Positions 49,412 through 59,649 of a stretch of 64,000 bases of DNA are shown here, in pieces. The position numbers and the translations under genes are program-made. The DNA comes from Candidatus Eiseniibacteriota bacterium (lineage in GTDB: Bacteria > Eisenbacteria > RBG-16-71-46): the NCBI GenBank assembly GCA_963744995.1, contig CAVUWA010000001.1, positions 32,001 through 96,000 of the forward strand. Direction: 5' to 3'. Every line of letters begins with the position of its first letter. Position 1 is the first letter of the stretch. The notes under the pieces are model-generated. The model searched no databases, was not told the origin of the DNA, and worked only from the letters and a program-made list of their open reading frames with translations.

Positions 49412-50884
49412 GTGAAAGCGACCGTCACATCGCTCATGACGCGTCTCGAGCCGATCACGAAGCGCATCTTCCCGGCGCTCACCCTGATCGCCGCCGGCAT
49501 GCTCATCGGAACCATGTACGTGAGGCCGAACAAGCGGGTGATCGCGGTCATGGTGGCAGTCATCCTCTCCGGCCTCGCGTGGCGCTTCGACATGGTCTGG
49601 GGTCTCGGCGTGCTCGTCCTGACGGTCCCATACCCGCGGGGGACGGTCTTCGGCACCAGTAACGTAGCTCTGATCCTCGTGCTCCTGGTGATCTGGCTGC
49701 TGCGTATTACGCAGCGCCAGGCACTGCCGCCGCGGCGATCACCCGTGGACCTGCCGATCGCCGGCCTGCTCATCGCGTTCATCGTATCCATGTACAACGT
49801 ACAGGGGGAACCCAACACGGGCCTCGCGCTCCAGAACATGCAGATTCTGATCGCGTGCGTGTTCATGTTCTACCTGATCGTCGGCAATGTAAGGACCGAA
49901 CGGACCCTCCGGCGCTTCCACTACTTTCAGACGCTCTCGCTCCTGACGATCATGCTGCTGGCTGTATACGAGCTCAACCATCCCGGGCAGGATTTCATTC
50001 CCGGCTGGATCAGCTTCAAGAACACGATGGGCGACGAATTCAACCTCAAGAACGTCCGCGTCGGCGGGCCATTCTTCGACTACGAGCTGCTCGCGGAGTT
50101 CTCGGCCATCAACATGCTGCTGATCCTGTTTCTTCTCGCCCGCGCGCGATCGCGCGCGCGGCAGGCGCTCTTCGGCAGCATTCTTCTGCTCACCACCTTC
50201 ATTCTCTTCGCCACCGTCACGCGGGGTGCAATCATCTCGCTCACGATCGCCCTGGGGTACATGCTGTGGATCGTGCGCCGCCGTGTGAAGTTCGTGCCAC
50301 TCGTGATTGGCTTGACGGCCGCAGTGTCCCTGTTCGTCGCGATGAACTACTACGTTGCCGACTTCACGCGTTCGGGAGATCTACTGAGTCGGCTCGAAGG
50401 AACCACCTTCGTGGGCCTCGTCCCCGACAGCAGGCAGTCGGCATGGCGCGACGGCTGGGAGCGCTTTCTGCAGCACCCGATCATCGGGCATGGTCCGTAC
50501 TATTCACTGCAAACAGGAACCCGGTCCTGGTTCTGGCCACACAACGGTTATCTGTACATTGCAAATCTCGTGGGGATCGTCGGGATCTCCTTCTACATCT
50601 GGCTTCTCTTCCGGCTGATCCTATTGACACGGCCGCGGGTCGACAGCATGAGACACCCGGAGTATTCGCGAGCCTACCTGATCGTGGGTCACCTCCAGCT
50701 CGTGTTGTTTGCGATCGACCAAGTCAAGATCGACTTCATGCGAAACAAGATCTACCAGTTCGAAGTGTGGATCATGTTCGCGGGAATCACGTCCGCCTAC
50801 CTGATCGCTCAGGAGCAGCGGGCACGCGCCGCAGCGCACGGTGCAGAGCCCGGACCGTGGCCGGCACGGGCCGGAGCGGCCTGA
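49412..50884 (+). CDS. O-antigen ligase / Wzy polymerase family protein
   Basis: TVTRGA, R..AW, HPIIGHG, PHNGYL...GIVG; many TM helices. Confidence 0.88.
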   Translation: MKATVTSLMTRLEPITKRIFPALTLIAAGMLIGTMYVRPNKRVIAVMVAVILSGLAWRFDMVWGLGVLVLTVPYPRGTVFGTSNVALILVLLVIWLLRITQRQALPPRRSPVDLPIAGLLIAFIVSMYNVQGEPNTGLALQNMQILIACVFMFYLIVGNVRTERTLRRFHYFQTLSLLTIMLLAVYELNHPGQDFIPGWISFKNTMGDEFNLKNVRVGGPFFDYELLAEFSAINMLLILFLLARARSRARQALFGSILLLTTFILFATVTRGAIISLTIALGYMLWIVRRRVKFVPLVIGLTAAVSLFVAMNYYVADFTRSGDLLSRLEGTTFVGLVPDSRQSAWRDGWERFLQHPIIGHGPYYSLQTGTRSWFWPHNGYLYIANLVGIVGISFYIWLLFRLILLTRPRVDSMRHPEYSRAYLIVGHLQLVLFAIDQVKIDFMRNKIYQFEVWIMFAGITSAYLIAQEQRARAAAHGAEPGPWPARAGAA

Positions 50885-50936
50885 TGGAGCGCCGCAGGGC
50901 GGACGGGGTCGCGTGCCCACACCGCGCGCGGGTCGG

Positions 50937-52307
50937 ATGACCGTGCGCTCGGTGTTCCAGCGCTTCACCACGCCTCTGAAGCGCGCCGGCTTCGGCGAAC
51001 GGTGGGTGCGCCGCAACCCGCTCTACCACCGGCCCGCGGCCCGGCTGCTGCAACGCCTGGACGGAGCGTCTCTCGACGAGCGACGTGCATGGACGGTGCG
51101 GCGGCTGCGCCGCGCGCTTGCGGCCGCGGGCCGGACGGCCTACGGGCGCCGGCTGGGCGCACCCGACGACATCGGCGCGTGGCCGCTGCTCACCCCGGCG
51201 GCCGTGCGCGAGGCGCCGTCCGACTTCATGGCCTTCACCATGTGGTCGATCCCCTCGAGCACCGGCGGAACGACCGGGGTCCCGCTGCCGCTCTCGCGCT
51301 CGCCGCGCTCGGTCGCCTACGAGCAGGCGGCGCTCGATCATGCGTTGAGCGCGATGGGCATCGACCCACAGCATGCCAGAGTCGCCGTACTGCGCGGCGA
51401 CGATATCAAGTCCCCGGACGACCGGCAGCCGCCTTACTGGAAGAGCGCGATCGCCGGGCGCCGTCTGATCTTCTCCTCCAACCATCTGAACCGTGAGACG
51501 CTGCAGGACTTCGTCGAGGCCCTGCGGGCGTTCCGCGCCGACTACTGGTGGGTCTATCCGACGACGCTCGGTTCGCTCTGCCGACTCGTCCAGGACACTG
51601 ATGCTTCATTGCGGGTCCCGCTCATCGTCTCGTCTTCGGAGATGCTGGACGACTGGACGCGTTCGACCTCGGCATCGCTGTTCGAGGCCCGAACGCTCGA
51701 CTACTACGGCCAGGCCGAGCGCGTTGCGTTCGCCTGGAGCGAAGCCCCCGGCGCCTATCGCTTCCTGCCCGGCTATTCACACGTCGAACTGATCCCGGCC
51801 GACGAGGACGACGGCACGCCGCGCTACGAGGTCGTGGGCACGACGCTCTGGAACGAGGCGATGCCGCTGGTCCGCTACCGCACGGGGGACCTGATCCGCG
51901 CCCCGCGGCCGTGGAGCGAGGCGGAGCGCGAAGCGATCGCACTGGGCGTGGAGCCGTTCGAGCGGGTGCTCGGCCGCGACCACGAGTTCCTGATCGCCCC
52001 CGACGGGACGCATCTCACCGGCATGGATCACCTGCATCGGGGCGTCCCGAACGTCGTGCGCATCCAGATCGTCCACGAGAGACCGGATCGGGTGGAGATT
52101 CACGTGCTGCCCGCGCGCGGCTACGGGGAAGACGAACGGGAACAACTGCTGTCGAACACGCGCCTCAAGATTCCCGCTTCGATGGACGTCGCGATCCGCG
52201 AGGTGGAAGCCCTCGAACGAACCCCGCTCGGCAAGACACCCTTCATCGTGCGCCGGGCGGGGGTGCCGGGCCCGGGAAGAAGCCCCTCCGAAAACGGAGC
52301 CGGGTAG
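50937..52307 (+). CDS. Phenylacetate-CoA ligase-like (CapK family) adenylate-forming enzyme
   Basis: STGGTTGVP, YYGQAE, MPLVRYRTGD, RTPLGK. Confidence 0.88.
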   Translation: MTVRSVFQRFTTPLKRAGFGERWVRRNPLYHRPAARLLQRLDGASLDERRAWTVRRLRRALAAAGRTAYGRRLGAPDDIGAWPLLTPAAVREAPSDFMAFTMWSIPSSTGGTTGVPLPLSRSPRSVAYEQAALDHALSAMGIDPQHARVAVLRGDDIKSPDDRQPPYWKSAIAGRRLIFSSNHLNRETLQDFVEALRAFRADYWWVYPTTLGSLCRLVQDTDASLRVPLIVSSSEMLDDWTRSTSASLFEARTLDYYGQAERVAFAWSEAPGAYRFLPGYSHVELIPADEDDGTPRYEVVGTTLWNEAMPLVRYRTGDLIRAPRPWSEAEREAIALGVEPFERVLGRDHEFLIAPDGTHLTGMDHLHRGVPNVVRIQIVHERPDRVEIHVLPARGYGEDEREQLLSNTRLKIPASMDVAIREVEALERTPLGKTPFIVRRAGVPGPGRSPSENGAG

Positions 52308-52434
52308 GGACTGTCGTTCAACCGGGCTTCGTGAGAATGCCGGAAAACGTTCTGAAAGCAGAGTTTGACTAGGTCGAACCGGGCGTGAGAGCATTCTCGA
52401 TGCCCCTTGTCCATCCTGGAGGCCTCACCCCCCC

Positions 52435-53475
52435 ATGCACCCCTATCTACAGTCGTACCAAGGGAAAACGGTCCTGGTCACCGGCGGCGCCGGGGCGATC
52501 GGCTCGAACCTGGTGTCCGCCCTCGCCGGCTCAGACGCCCGCGTGATCGTCCTCGACGATCTCTCGTCGTCGGCCCGCTGGAACGTCCCGAACGTGCCGA
52601 ACCTCATGTTCGTCGAGGGGGACATCACCGACGAGGTGAAGCTCAAGCGCGTCTTCTTCGAGCGCCCGCACGTCGTGTTCCACCTGGCGGCGTTTTTCGC
52701 GAACCAGAACTCCGTGGATCACCCGGAGCGGGACCTGATCGTCAACGGCATGGGAACCCTGCGGCTGATGGAGTACTCGGTTTTCACGAAGGTCGAGCGC
52801 TTCGTCTACGCGTCCTCCGGCTGCTCCATCTACGGCAGCCAGGCGCCGCTGCCGCTCCGCGAAGACTTCATGTCCATGCACCTCACCACGCCCTATCAGA
52901 TCACCAAGATGCTGGGCGAGCTGTACGGCAACTTCTTCCACCACCACTACGAACTGCCGGTGGTGAAGACCCGCTTCTTCAATTCCTACGGGCCGGGCGA
53001 GGTGCCGGGGCAGTATCGCAACGTGATCCCCAACTTCGTGTACTGGGCGATGAAGGGCCTGCCGCTGCCGATCACCGGCGACGGCAACGCGACCCGTGAC
53101 TTCACCTTCGTGGGCGACATCACCGACGGCCTGCTGCGCGCCGGACACTTCGAAGCCGCGATCGGCGAGGAGTTCAACCTGGCCTCGGAACGCGAAACGA
53201 AGATCATCGACCTCGCCCACATGATCAACGACGCGGTGGGCAACACGGCGGGTGTGCGGATGACGGAGCGCCGCCGCTGGGACACCAAGAGCCGCCTGCT
53301 CGCGTCCGTCGACAAAGCCCGCAAGCTGATCGGCTACGAGCCACGCACGGATTTCAAGGAAGGCCTCGGAGCGACCATCGCCTGGTTCCGCGAGAACTGG
53401 GATCGCATCGATGCGTCGGCCCACTTCGCCCCCGGCGTCTCCTCCGCCGTGCGCGACATGACCGTCAAGGCCTGA
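52435..53475 (+). CDS. NAD-dependent epimerase/dehydratase
   Basis: TGGAGAIG, HLAA, YQITK, NSYGPG, TRDF. Confidence 0.93.
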   Translation: MHPYLQSYQGKTVLVTGGAGAIGSNLVSALAGSDARVIVLDDLSSSARWNVPNVPNLMFVEGDITDEVKLKRVFFERPHVVFHLAAFFANQNSVDHPERDLIVNGMGTLRLMEYSVFTKVERFVYASSGCSIYGSQAPLPLREDFMSMHLTTPYQITKMLGELYGNFFHHHYELPVVKTRFFNSYGPGEVPGQYRNVIPNFVYWAMKGLPLPITGDGNATRDFTFVGDITDGLLRAGHFEAAIGEEFNLASERETKIIDLAHMINDAVGNTAGVRMTERRRWDTKSRLLASVDKARKLIGYEPRTDFKEGLGATIAWFRENWDRIDASAHFAPGVSSAVRDMTVKA

Positions 53476-53527
53476 TCGGCCGCGGCAGAGCCGGATCCCG
53501 CCGCCGCAGGGCCCGACACAGGACGCC

Positions 53528-55075
53528 ATGGCCACCGCCGACACCGATCCACAGCGTCCCGACCCCGCTGCCGCCGCGGAGGGCTCGGCGCCGTTCGAGA
53601 GCCCGCGCGAAGCACACATCGAGCTGTGGCGCGACATCTTCAAGTACTTCCCGGGCGTCATCCTTCCGCGGCTCGCAGGCTTCATCTCGGTCCCGATCGT
53701 CACGCATCTGTTTCCACCCGAGACCTACGGCACCTACGCGCTGGTTCTCGCCAACATCACGGCGTTGAGCTCCGCGGCGCTGAGCGGCATCGGCGCCTCC
53801 CTGCTTCGCTTCCTGCCGGCGTACGAGAAGGATCGAAAGACCGAAGACCAGCTGCTCAAGACCGTCTTCACCCTCGCCACCCTGGTTTCGGTCGTGGTCG
53901 TCCTGCTCGGCCTCACGCTGCTGGCGATGACCGGGCGCTTCGAGTATCGGTTCGGCAGGCTGATGGGGTACGGCCTGCTGCTGTTCGTGGCCGTCGGCCT
54001 CCTCAACCTGCTCTCCATCGTCCTGCGCAGCCAGCGTCGGGCGGGCTTCTACTCGGCCCTGCAGCTGCTGGGCGGCTACGGTGGCCTGGCGATCGGCCTG
54101 GGGCTGATATTCTGGCTCGGGTTCGGGATTCAGGGCCTCATCATCGGCAACGCCGTGGCTGCGCTGATCGGCGTAGCGCTCGCCTGGCGCGTGGCCATGC
54201 GCGGACGTCACCTCATCCAGGCGGCTTTCTCGCGCGTGATCATGCGCGAGATCGTCCACTTCTCGATCTTCATCTCGCTCGGCAACGCCGCGTACTGGCT
54301 GCTGAGCCTGTCCGACCGCTGGTTGTTGCGGATCATGCGCGGCGCCGGCGACGTCGGCCTGTACTCCGTGAGCTACGACCTGACCAGCAAGACGACGATG
54401 CTGTTCGTGGCCGCGTTCGGGCTCGCGCTGCAGCCGCTGTCGATTTCGTCCTGGGAGTCTCACGGCCGCAAGTCGACGGAGCACTTTCTGGCCTCCTCGA
54501 CCCGGTCCTATCTGCTGATCATGATGCCTGCCACGGTCGGACTCGGGCTCCTCGCGAAGGCACTGGTCGGGCTGCTCGCCGCTGCACAGTACCAGCGCGG
54601 CGCCATCGTCGTGCCGTGGGTTGCTGCGGCGATGCTGCTGTACGGACTGCTCGACATCGCCGGCCGCGGGCTCACGCTCAACAAGCGCCCGGATCTCGAG
54701 GCGCGCAACTTCGCAATCGCCGGTGTTTCCACCGTCCTCGTCAATCTGTTCATGATCCCGCGCTACGGAATTCTCGGCGCGGCGATCGTGACCACGATGG
54801 GCTACCTGGTGCTCCTGCTGCTGCATGCCGCGACGGTTCGCCGCCACGTCACGTGGCACTTCCCGTGGGGCACCCTGGTCCGCTGCACCTTCGCCTGCAC
54901 GGCCATGGCGGCTGTGGTGGTGCTGATCCAGCGCTGGCTCCACGACGCGCCGCGGGGCGTCGATGTGTTCGCCGCCGTCATGGGCGGAGCGCTGACGTAC
55001 GGAATCGCGGTCGTGCTGTTGGGCGAGCTGTCGCCAGCCCGCCTTTTGGGCCATCTCCGCTCGCCGAAGGGCTGA
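53528..55075 (+). CDS. Oligosaccharide flippase (Wzx-like)
   Basis: PETYGTY, SDRWLL, VGLYSVSY, IPRYGILGAA; about 14 TM helices. Confidence 0.9.
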   Translation: MATADTDPQRPDPAAAAEGSAPFESPREAHIELWRDIFKYFPGVILPRLAGFISVPIVTHLFPPETYGTYALVLANITALSSAALSGIGASLLRFLPAYEKDRKTEDQLLKTVFTLATLVSVVVVLLGLTLLAMTGRFEYRFGRLMGYGLLLFVAVGLLNLLSIVLRSQRRAGFYSALQLLGGYGGLAIGLGLIFWLGFGIQGLIIGNAVAALIGVALAWRVAMRGRHLIQAAFSRVIMREIVHFSIFISLGNAAYWLLSLSDRWLLRIMRGAGDVGLYSVSYDLTSKTTMLFVAAFGLALQPLSISSWESHGRKSTEHFLASSTRSYLLIMMPATVGLGLLAKALVGLLAAAQYQRGAIVVPWVAAAMLLYGLLDIAGRGLTLNKRPDLEARNFAIAGVSTVLVNLFMIPRYGILGAAIVTTMGYLVLLLLHAATVRRHVTWHFPWGTLVRCTFACTAMAAVVVLIQRWLHDAPRGVDVFAAVMGGALTYGIAVVLLGELSPARLLGHLRSPKG

Positions 55076-55091
55076 TTCGGGCTACCGCGCG

Positions 55092-55121
55092 TTGACAGTC
55101 TCGCACCGGGCCGGATAGCAT
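55092..55121 (+). promoter_or_regulatory. Internal sigma70 promoter
   Basis: TTGACA-N18-TAGCAT. Confidence 0.7.
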
Positions 55122-55178
55122 TTTCGCCGCTTGTTCTACTCGTCCCACCCTGAGCGTTCTCCAGCCAAGGAGCCTGCG

Positions 55179-56615
55179 GTGGCTTTACCTGAAGCGCGCT
55201 CGCGCGCCCCGGGCGCAGGCCGGGCCTCCCTCGCCGAAACATCCGGGTCCGCCCCCGGCCAAACCGCCGGCAACGGCGGACCTCCACCCCGCATGCTGCT
55301 GGTCGCACGCGGGTTCCCTCCGGCATCCGACCCTACCGCGTACCGCTGGCTGCGTTTTGCCTCGGGCCTCATGCAGCGCGGCTGGCACGTCGAGGTGCTC
55401 ACCTCCGAGCCGGTGCCACGGCCCCAGTTCTACGAACCCGAACTGATGCGCAGGATTCCCACCCACATGACGGTGCACCGGGCCCATGCCGGCTTCTACG
55501 AGCCACGGGTGCAGCGCGCCCGGCTGGAGCGGGTGACGGCCGGCGTTCCCAACGACGTCCGCGAGAACAGGGCTGCCGGCGTCGGGATCCGCCCGTTCGG
55601 CGCGCTTCGTGCGGCGCTGCGCGATTTCGACCAGAACATCACGATGCTGAAGATCCCCGACCCCTCCTTCGAGTGGATCCTGCCCGGCATCCTGCTCGGC
55701 CTGCGTGTCCTGGCAGGCCGTCGCTTCGACCTGATCGTCTCTTCCGGCGCCCCGTTCTCGTCGCACATCGTGGCACACGGCCTCGCGCGCTGGTCGCGGG
55801 CACCGTGGGTAGCGGACTTCAGCGATCCCTACGCCGGCAACCCGTTCTGGCAGCGGCCGGAATGGCGCAAACGAATCGATCGCGCCCTCGAGAGACAATG
55901 GTTCGCCGACCTCGCCGGGGCGATCGTTCCGGTGCCCGAGATGAAGCTGCTGTTTGTCGAGGACCATCCCGAGCTGCCCGAGGATGCGATCCACGTCGTG
56001 CCCTATGGCTACGACGAGACGCTCTACGCGCGGGCGCAACCCGCCGTATTCAATGACTTCACGCTGGTTCACACCGGTACGTTTTACCCGCGGATGCGCG
56101 ATCCCGGGCCGTTCCTGCACGGGCTCTCGCTGGTTCGCGAACTGCCGATCCGAGTGCTGCATGCGGGTCCGATGCAGTCGGAATACGCGGCCATGCTGGA
56201 GCGGCTGGACATCGCCGATCGCGTCAAGGTGCTCGGGATGCTGTCGCGCGACCGACTGGCCCCGCTCCAGCTCGGGGCGAGTGCGCTGTTGCTGATCGGC
56301 AACCGAGGCGGGCTGCAGCTCCCCGGCAAACTGCTGGACTACCTCGGGGCGCGACGGCCGATCTTAGCCCTGCGCAACGACGCGCACGACATCGCGGCGA
56401 ACCTGGTCGTCTCGCGCCACGCGGGCCTGGTAGTGGCCAACGAGGCGGAGGCGATTGCCGGCGGCCTCCGGCAACTGTACGAGGACTGGCGGAGCCGCAC
56501 GCTCGACACGCGCTATGCGCTGGACGGTGCGGAGGACTTCTCGTGGCGTCTTATCGAGGACGATCTGGACCGCAGGCTGCGTGGTTTCGTCTCTCCGATC
56601 GGCGGAGAACCTTGA
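55179..56615 (+). CDS. GT4 glycosyltransferase
   Basis: FPP, ADFSDP, HTGTFY, PGKLLDYL; AAGGAG RBS before GTG. Confidence 0.88.
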   Translation: MALPEARSRAPGAGRASLAETSGSAPGQTAGNGGPPPRMLLVARGFPPASDPTAYRWLRFASGLMQRGWHVEVLTSEPVPRPQFYEPELMRRIPTHMTVHRAHAGFYEPRVQRARLERVTAGVPNDVRENRAAGVGIRPFGALRAALRDFDQNITMLKIPDPSFEWILPGILLGLRVLAGRRFDLIVSSGAPFSSHIVAHGLARWSRAPWVADFSDPYAGNPFWQRPEWRKRIDRALERQWFADLAGAIVPVPEMKLLFVEDHPELPEDAIHVVPYGYDETLYARAQPAVFNDFTLVHTGTFYPRMRDPGPFLHGLSLVRELPIRVLHAGPMQSEYAAMLERLDIADRVKVLGMLSRDRLAPLQLGASALLLIGNRGGLQLPGKLLDYLGARRPILALRNDAHDIAANLVVSRHAGLVVANEAEAIAGGLRQLYEDWRSRTLDTRYALDGAEDFSWRLIEDDLDRRLRGFVSPIGGEP

Positions 56616-56642
56616 TCGCCCGCGGCCTGACGGAGCGAACGA

Positions 56643-57797
56643 ATGGCTGCTGAGCCGCGCACGGAGGCTGCGCCGCTGCGGATCTTCTTCGGCACGATCA
56701 GCCCCGGCATGCCGGGCGGCATCCACGTCACCGAGGAGGCGTTCGAAGAGGGCTGCGCGGCGAGCGGCGCCGTGCTGCCCGTGCGGATCCCGTTCGGCCG
56801 GCGGCGTGTCGATGAGTCACGCCTCGAGCGCTTCGCAACTCGGTTCGCGGACTGGATCGCGTACGCATGGCGCGTCGCGCGCGAGCGCCCGGACGTCGTC
56901 CACCTGAATACGGCCTATGACCGGCGGGCGCTCGCCCGGGATGTCGGCTACGCGCTGATCTCCTCGTGGGTGAAGCAGCCCCTGTTCCTCAAGTTCCACG
57001 GTTCGGATCACACGCTGCTGGAGTCCCCGTCGTGGATCAATCGGACCCTGACGCGGGCCATCGTCAGCCGCGCCGCGGCGATCGGCGTCTTGAGCTCCGA
57101 GGAGAAACACAACTTCGTCGCGGCGGGGTATCCGGAAGACCGCTTCGTCGTCGTCAAGAACGTGGTGGACTGGCGGCGGCTCTCGGAAGGGGGCTGGCCC
57201 CGGGAGGATCCGGGCCGGCTGCTGTTCATCGCGCGAATGGTCCCGGGAAAGGGCCTCGAAGACGTGATCCGCGCCGTCCGCCTCCTGATCGATGCAGGCC
57301 GAAAGGTCACGCTCACCTGCGTCGGTGACGGCCCGGCCAGGGCGAGCGCAGAGGCGTTGACGAAGGAACTGGAGCTCGATTCGGCCGTCCGATTCACGGG
57401 GAGGATTCCGGAGTCCGAGACGGCGGAGTACTATCTCCGTTTCGGCATGCTCGTCTTCCCCACGCATCGCGAAGGTTTCTCCATGACCATCTTCCAGTCG
57501 CTGGCGGCTGGCCTTCCCATCCTCACAACGCGTTGTCGTGCAGCAGCCGACTACCTGCGTGAACCGGACCACTGCTTGTGGGTCCGTCCCGGCGATCCGC
57601 AGAACGTGGCCGACAAGGTCGGTTGGCTGCTCGATCATCCGGAGGCCGCCAAGCGGATGTCCGCCGAGTCGCGGCGCCTTGCCCGCTCGTTCGACGCTAA
57701 AGTGGTAGCCGATGAGTACGCTAATGTGTACAGGCGGATCGGAAGAGGCGCAATGATGGCGCGACCGGATCGTCGCCACACCGAAAGTGCACCATGA
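56643..57797 (+). CDS. GT4 glycosyltransferase
   Basis: FHGSD, ARMVPGKG, PTHREGFS...GLP. Confidence 0.9.
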   Translation: MAAEPRTEAAPLRIFFGTISPGMPGGIHVTEEAFEEGCAASGAVLPVRIPFGRRRVDESRLERFATRFADWIAYAWRVARERPDVVHLNTAYDRRALARDVGYALISSWVKQPLFLKFHGSDHTLLESPSWINRTLTRAIVSRAAAIGVLSSEEKHNFVAAGYPEDRFVVVKNVVDWRRLSEGGWPREDPGRLLFIARMVPGKGLEDVIRAVRLLIDAGRKVTLTCVGDGPARASAEALTKELELDSAVRFTGRIPESETAEYYLRFGMLVFPTHREGFSMTIFQSLAAGLPILTTRCRAAADYLREPDHCLWVRPGDPQNVADKVGWLLDHPEAAKRMSAESRRLARSFDAKVVADEYANVYRRIGRGAMMARPDRRHTESAP

Positions 57798-59278
57798 CCT
57801 CAATGCCCGTGGGCATCTGGCAGCAAAGCGAGGCCCGCTATCCCGTGCGGCCACCCTATGCACCGCCCGCACGTTTCCCCGAGCTGCGCTACGAAGGTGA
57901 TCTTGACCCCGACAATGGTGTCTACGCGTCCGTTCGCGAGCTGTTTCGTTTGATGGGGTTCGATGCGGCCGGATACGGAACACCGAATTGGAATCCGCTG
58001 GGCTGGCTGGTGAAGCCCGGCGAGACGGTTTTCCTCAAGCCCAACATGATCTCCCACCGCCACCGACTGCGGAATGAGTGGGAGTATGTGATCACCCATG
58101 GCTCGGTCATCCGCGCGGTGGCCGACTACGTCGTGATCGCGCTCGGCCGCGAGGGGCGCTTGATCATTGGCGACGCACCGCAGACTGATTCGCTGTGGGA
58201 GGGCATCGTCGAACACATGGGGCTCGTGGAACTGAAGACCCACTATGAGGCCCTCGGTGTGCCAATGGAGCTGCTGGATCTGCGCGACGAGCACCACGTG
58301 GACAAAGATGGCATCTACGTGGCGACCCGGCGACTGCCGGGCGACCCGCGCGGTGGTGTCGCGGTGGACCTCGCGAGGGACAGCATGTTCACGGAGCTCG
58401 ATGGCCGTGGAAAGCGTTACTACGGCGCCTATTACGACGAGAACGAGACCAATGAACATCAGAGGGATGGCAGGCACGAATACTACGTTTCGCGCTCGCC
58501 GCTGATGGCCGACGTATTCCTCAACCTGCCCAAACTGAAGACCCACAAGAAGTGCGGGCTCACCGTCAACCTCAAGAGTCTGGTGGGAATCAACGCCAAC
58601 AAGAACTGGTTGCCGCACTACGTGTTCGGCGCGCCGGCGAACGGCGGCGACCAGTTCGACGCGCTCACGCTGAAAACGCGCCTCGAGAATGCGATCGTGC
58701 GACCGGCAAAGCAGCTGCTGTTGCGCGGAATCGGACCGTTCCAGATGCTGGCGCGCCGCACCAAGCGGATCGGCTACGGCGTGTTCGGCGACACCGAAGA
58801 CGTGGTGCGTTCCGGCAACTGGCACGGCAACGACACCGTCTGGCGCATGTCGCTCGACCTGAACCGCATCCTCATGTATGCGAACGAAGACGGCACGATG
58901 CGCGAGGGCAGCGCGGTCAAACGCTATTTCTCGGTCGTGGACGGCATCGTGGGCATGGAAGGCAACGGCCCGGTGGCAGGGACACCGCGCGAAGCCGGAT
59001 TGCTCATCGGCGGCGCGAACCCGGTTGCGGTGGACGTGGTCTGCGCGCGCCTCATGGGTCTCGATCCTGACCGCCTCCCGATCATTCGCCGCGCCTGGGG
59101 GTCGCACCGTTATCCTCTTGCCACCGGCAGCGAAGCCGACGTCGCGCCGCTGAGCAACGTGACCGTCTGGAACCGGCCGCTGGCGTCGTGGCGGAGTAAC
59201 GAGTCGTTGCGATTCCGGCCGCACTTCGGCTGGGTGAGCCACGTGGAGTGGGAGCCGGAGAGCGCGCCGCGCGCCTGA
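57794..59278 (+). CDS. DUF362 domain protein
   Basis: VFLKPN, THGSVI, IGDAP, NLPKLKTH, NLKSLVG, DGIVGMEGNGP, NPVAVD. Confidence 0.88.
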   Translation: MTSMPVGIWQQSEARYPVRPPYAPPARFPELRYEGDLDPDNGVYASVRELFRLMGFDAAGYGTPNWNPLGWLVKPGETVFLKPNMISHRHRLRNEWEYVITHGSVIRAVADYVVIALGREGRLIIGDAPQTDSLWEGIVEHMGLVELKTHYEALGVPMELLDLRDEHHVDKDGIYVATRRLPGDPRGGVAVDLARDSMFTELDGRGKRYYGAYYDENETNEHQRDGRHEYYVSRSPLMADVFLNLPKLKTHKKCGLTVNLKSLVGINANKNWLPHYVFGAPANGGDQFDALTLKTRLENAIVRPAKQLLLRGIGPFQMLARRTKRIGYGVFGDTEDVVRSGNWHGNDTVWRMSLDLNRILMYANEDGTMREGSAVKRYFSVVDGIVGMEGNGPVAGTPREAGLLIGGANPVAVDVVCARLMGLDPDRLPIIRRAWGSHRYPLATGSEADVAPLSNVTVWNRPLASWRSNESLRFRPHFGWVSHVEWEPESAPRA

Positions 59279-59325
59279 TCCCGGCCGCGGACCCGTCCTT
59301 CGGCGAGGCGCCTCGCGCCCGGGGG

Positions 59326-59526
59326 TCAGACCCGTGCGCCGCCCAGGCGAGCCGACACTCGAAAGCCTCGTGCGAATCGGAAGGTCGGAATTCGCCGCAG
59401 GACTTCGTTGGCAATGCGAACCCAGCCTCCGCGCGTTCCGCCATCCACGCCGGCCGGGAGGCGGGCGATGGATTCACGCAGGGCGTTGATGAATTGCGTG
59501 AAAATGGGCTGCCTTGAGGGAGTCAT
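59326..59526 (-). CDS. Candidate 66-aa small protein
   Basis: Amphipathic-looking IFTQFINALRESIARL and WVRIANEVLRRI; fills the gap between convergent genes; TACCAT -10 upstream. Confidence 0.4.
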   Translation of the reverse strand: MTPSRQPIFTQFINALRESIARLPAGVDGGTRGGWVRIANEVLRRIPTFRFARGFRVSARLGGARV

Positions 59527-59649
59527 GAGTGGCGTATGCCGCGTGGGCATCGGCGGTCCGCAATGGTACACTGGCCGCGTCGGGGCGGACCACGCGCGGC
59601 CTCCGCAGCCTCGTGTCACCGTCGCGACTGCGCGAGCGGGCCGCCGCTC

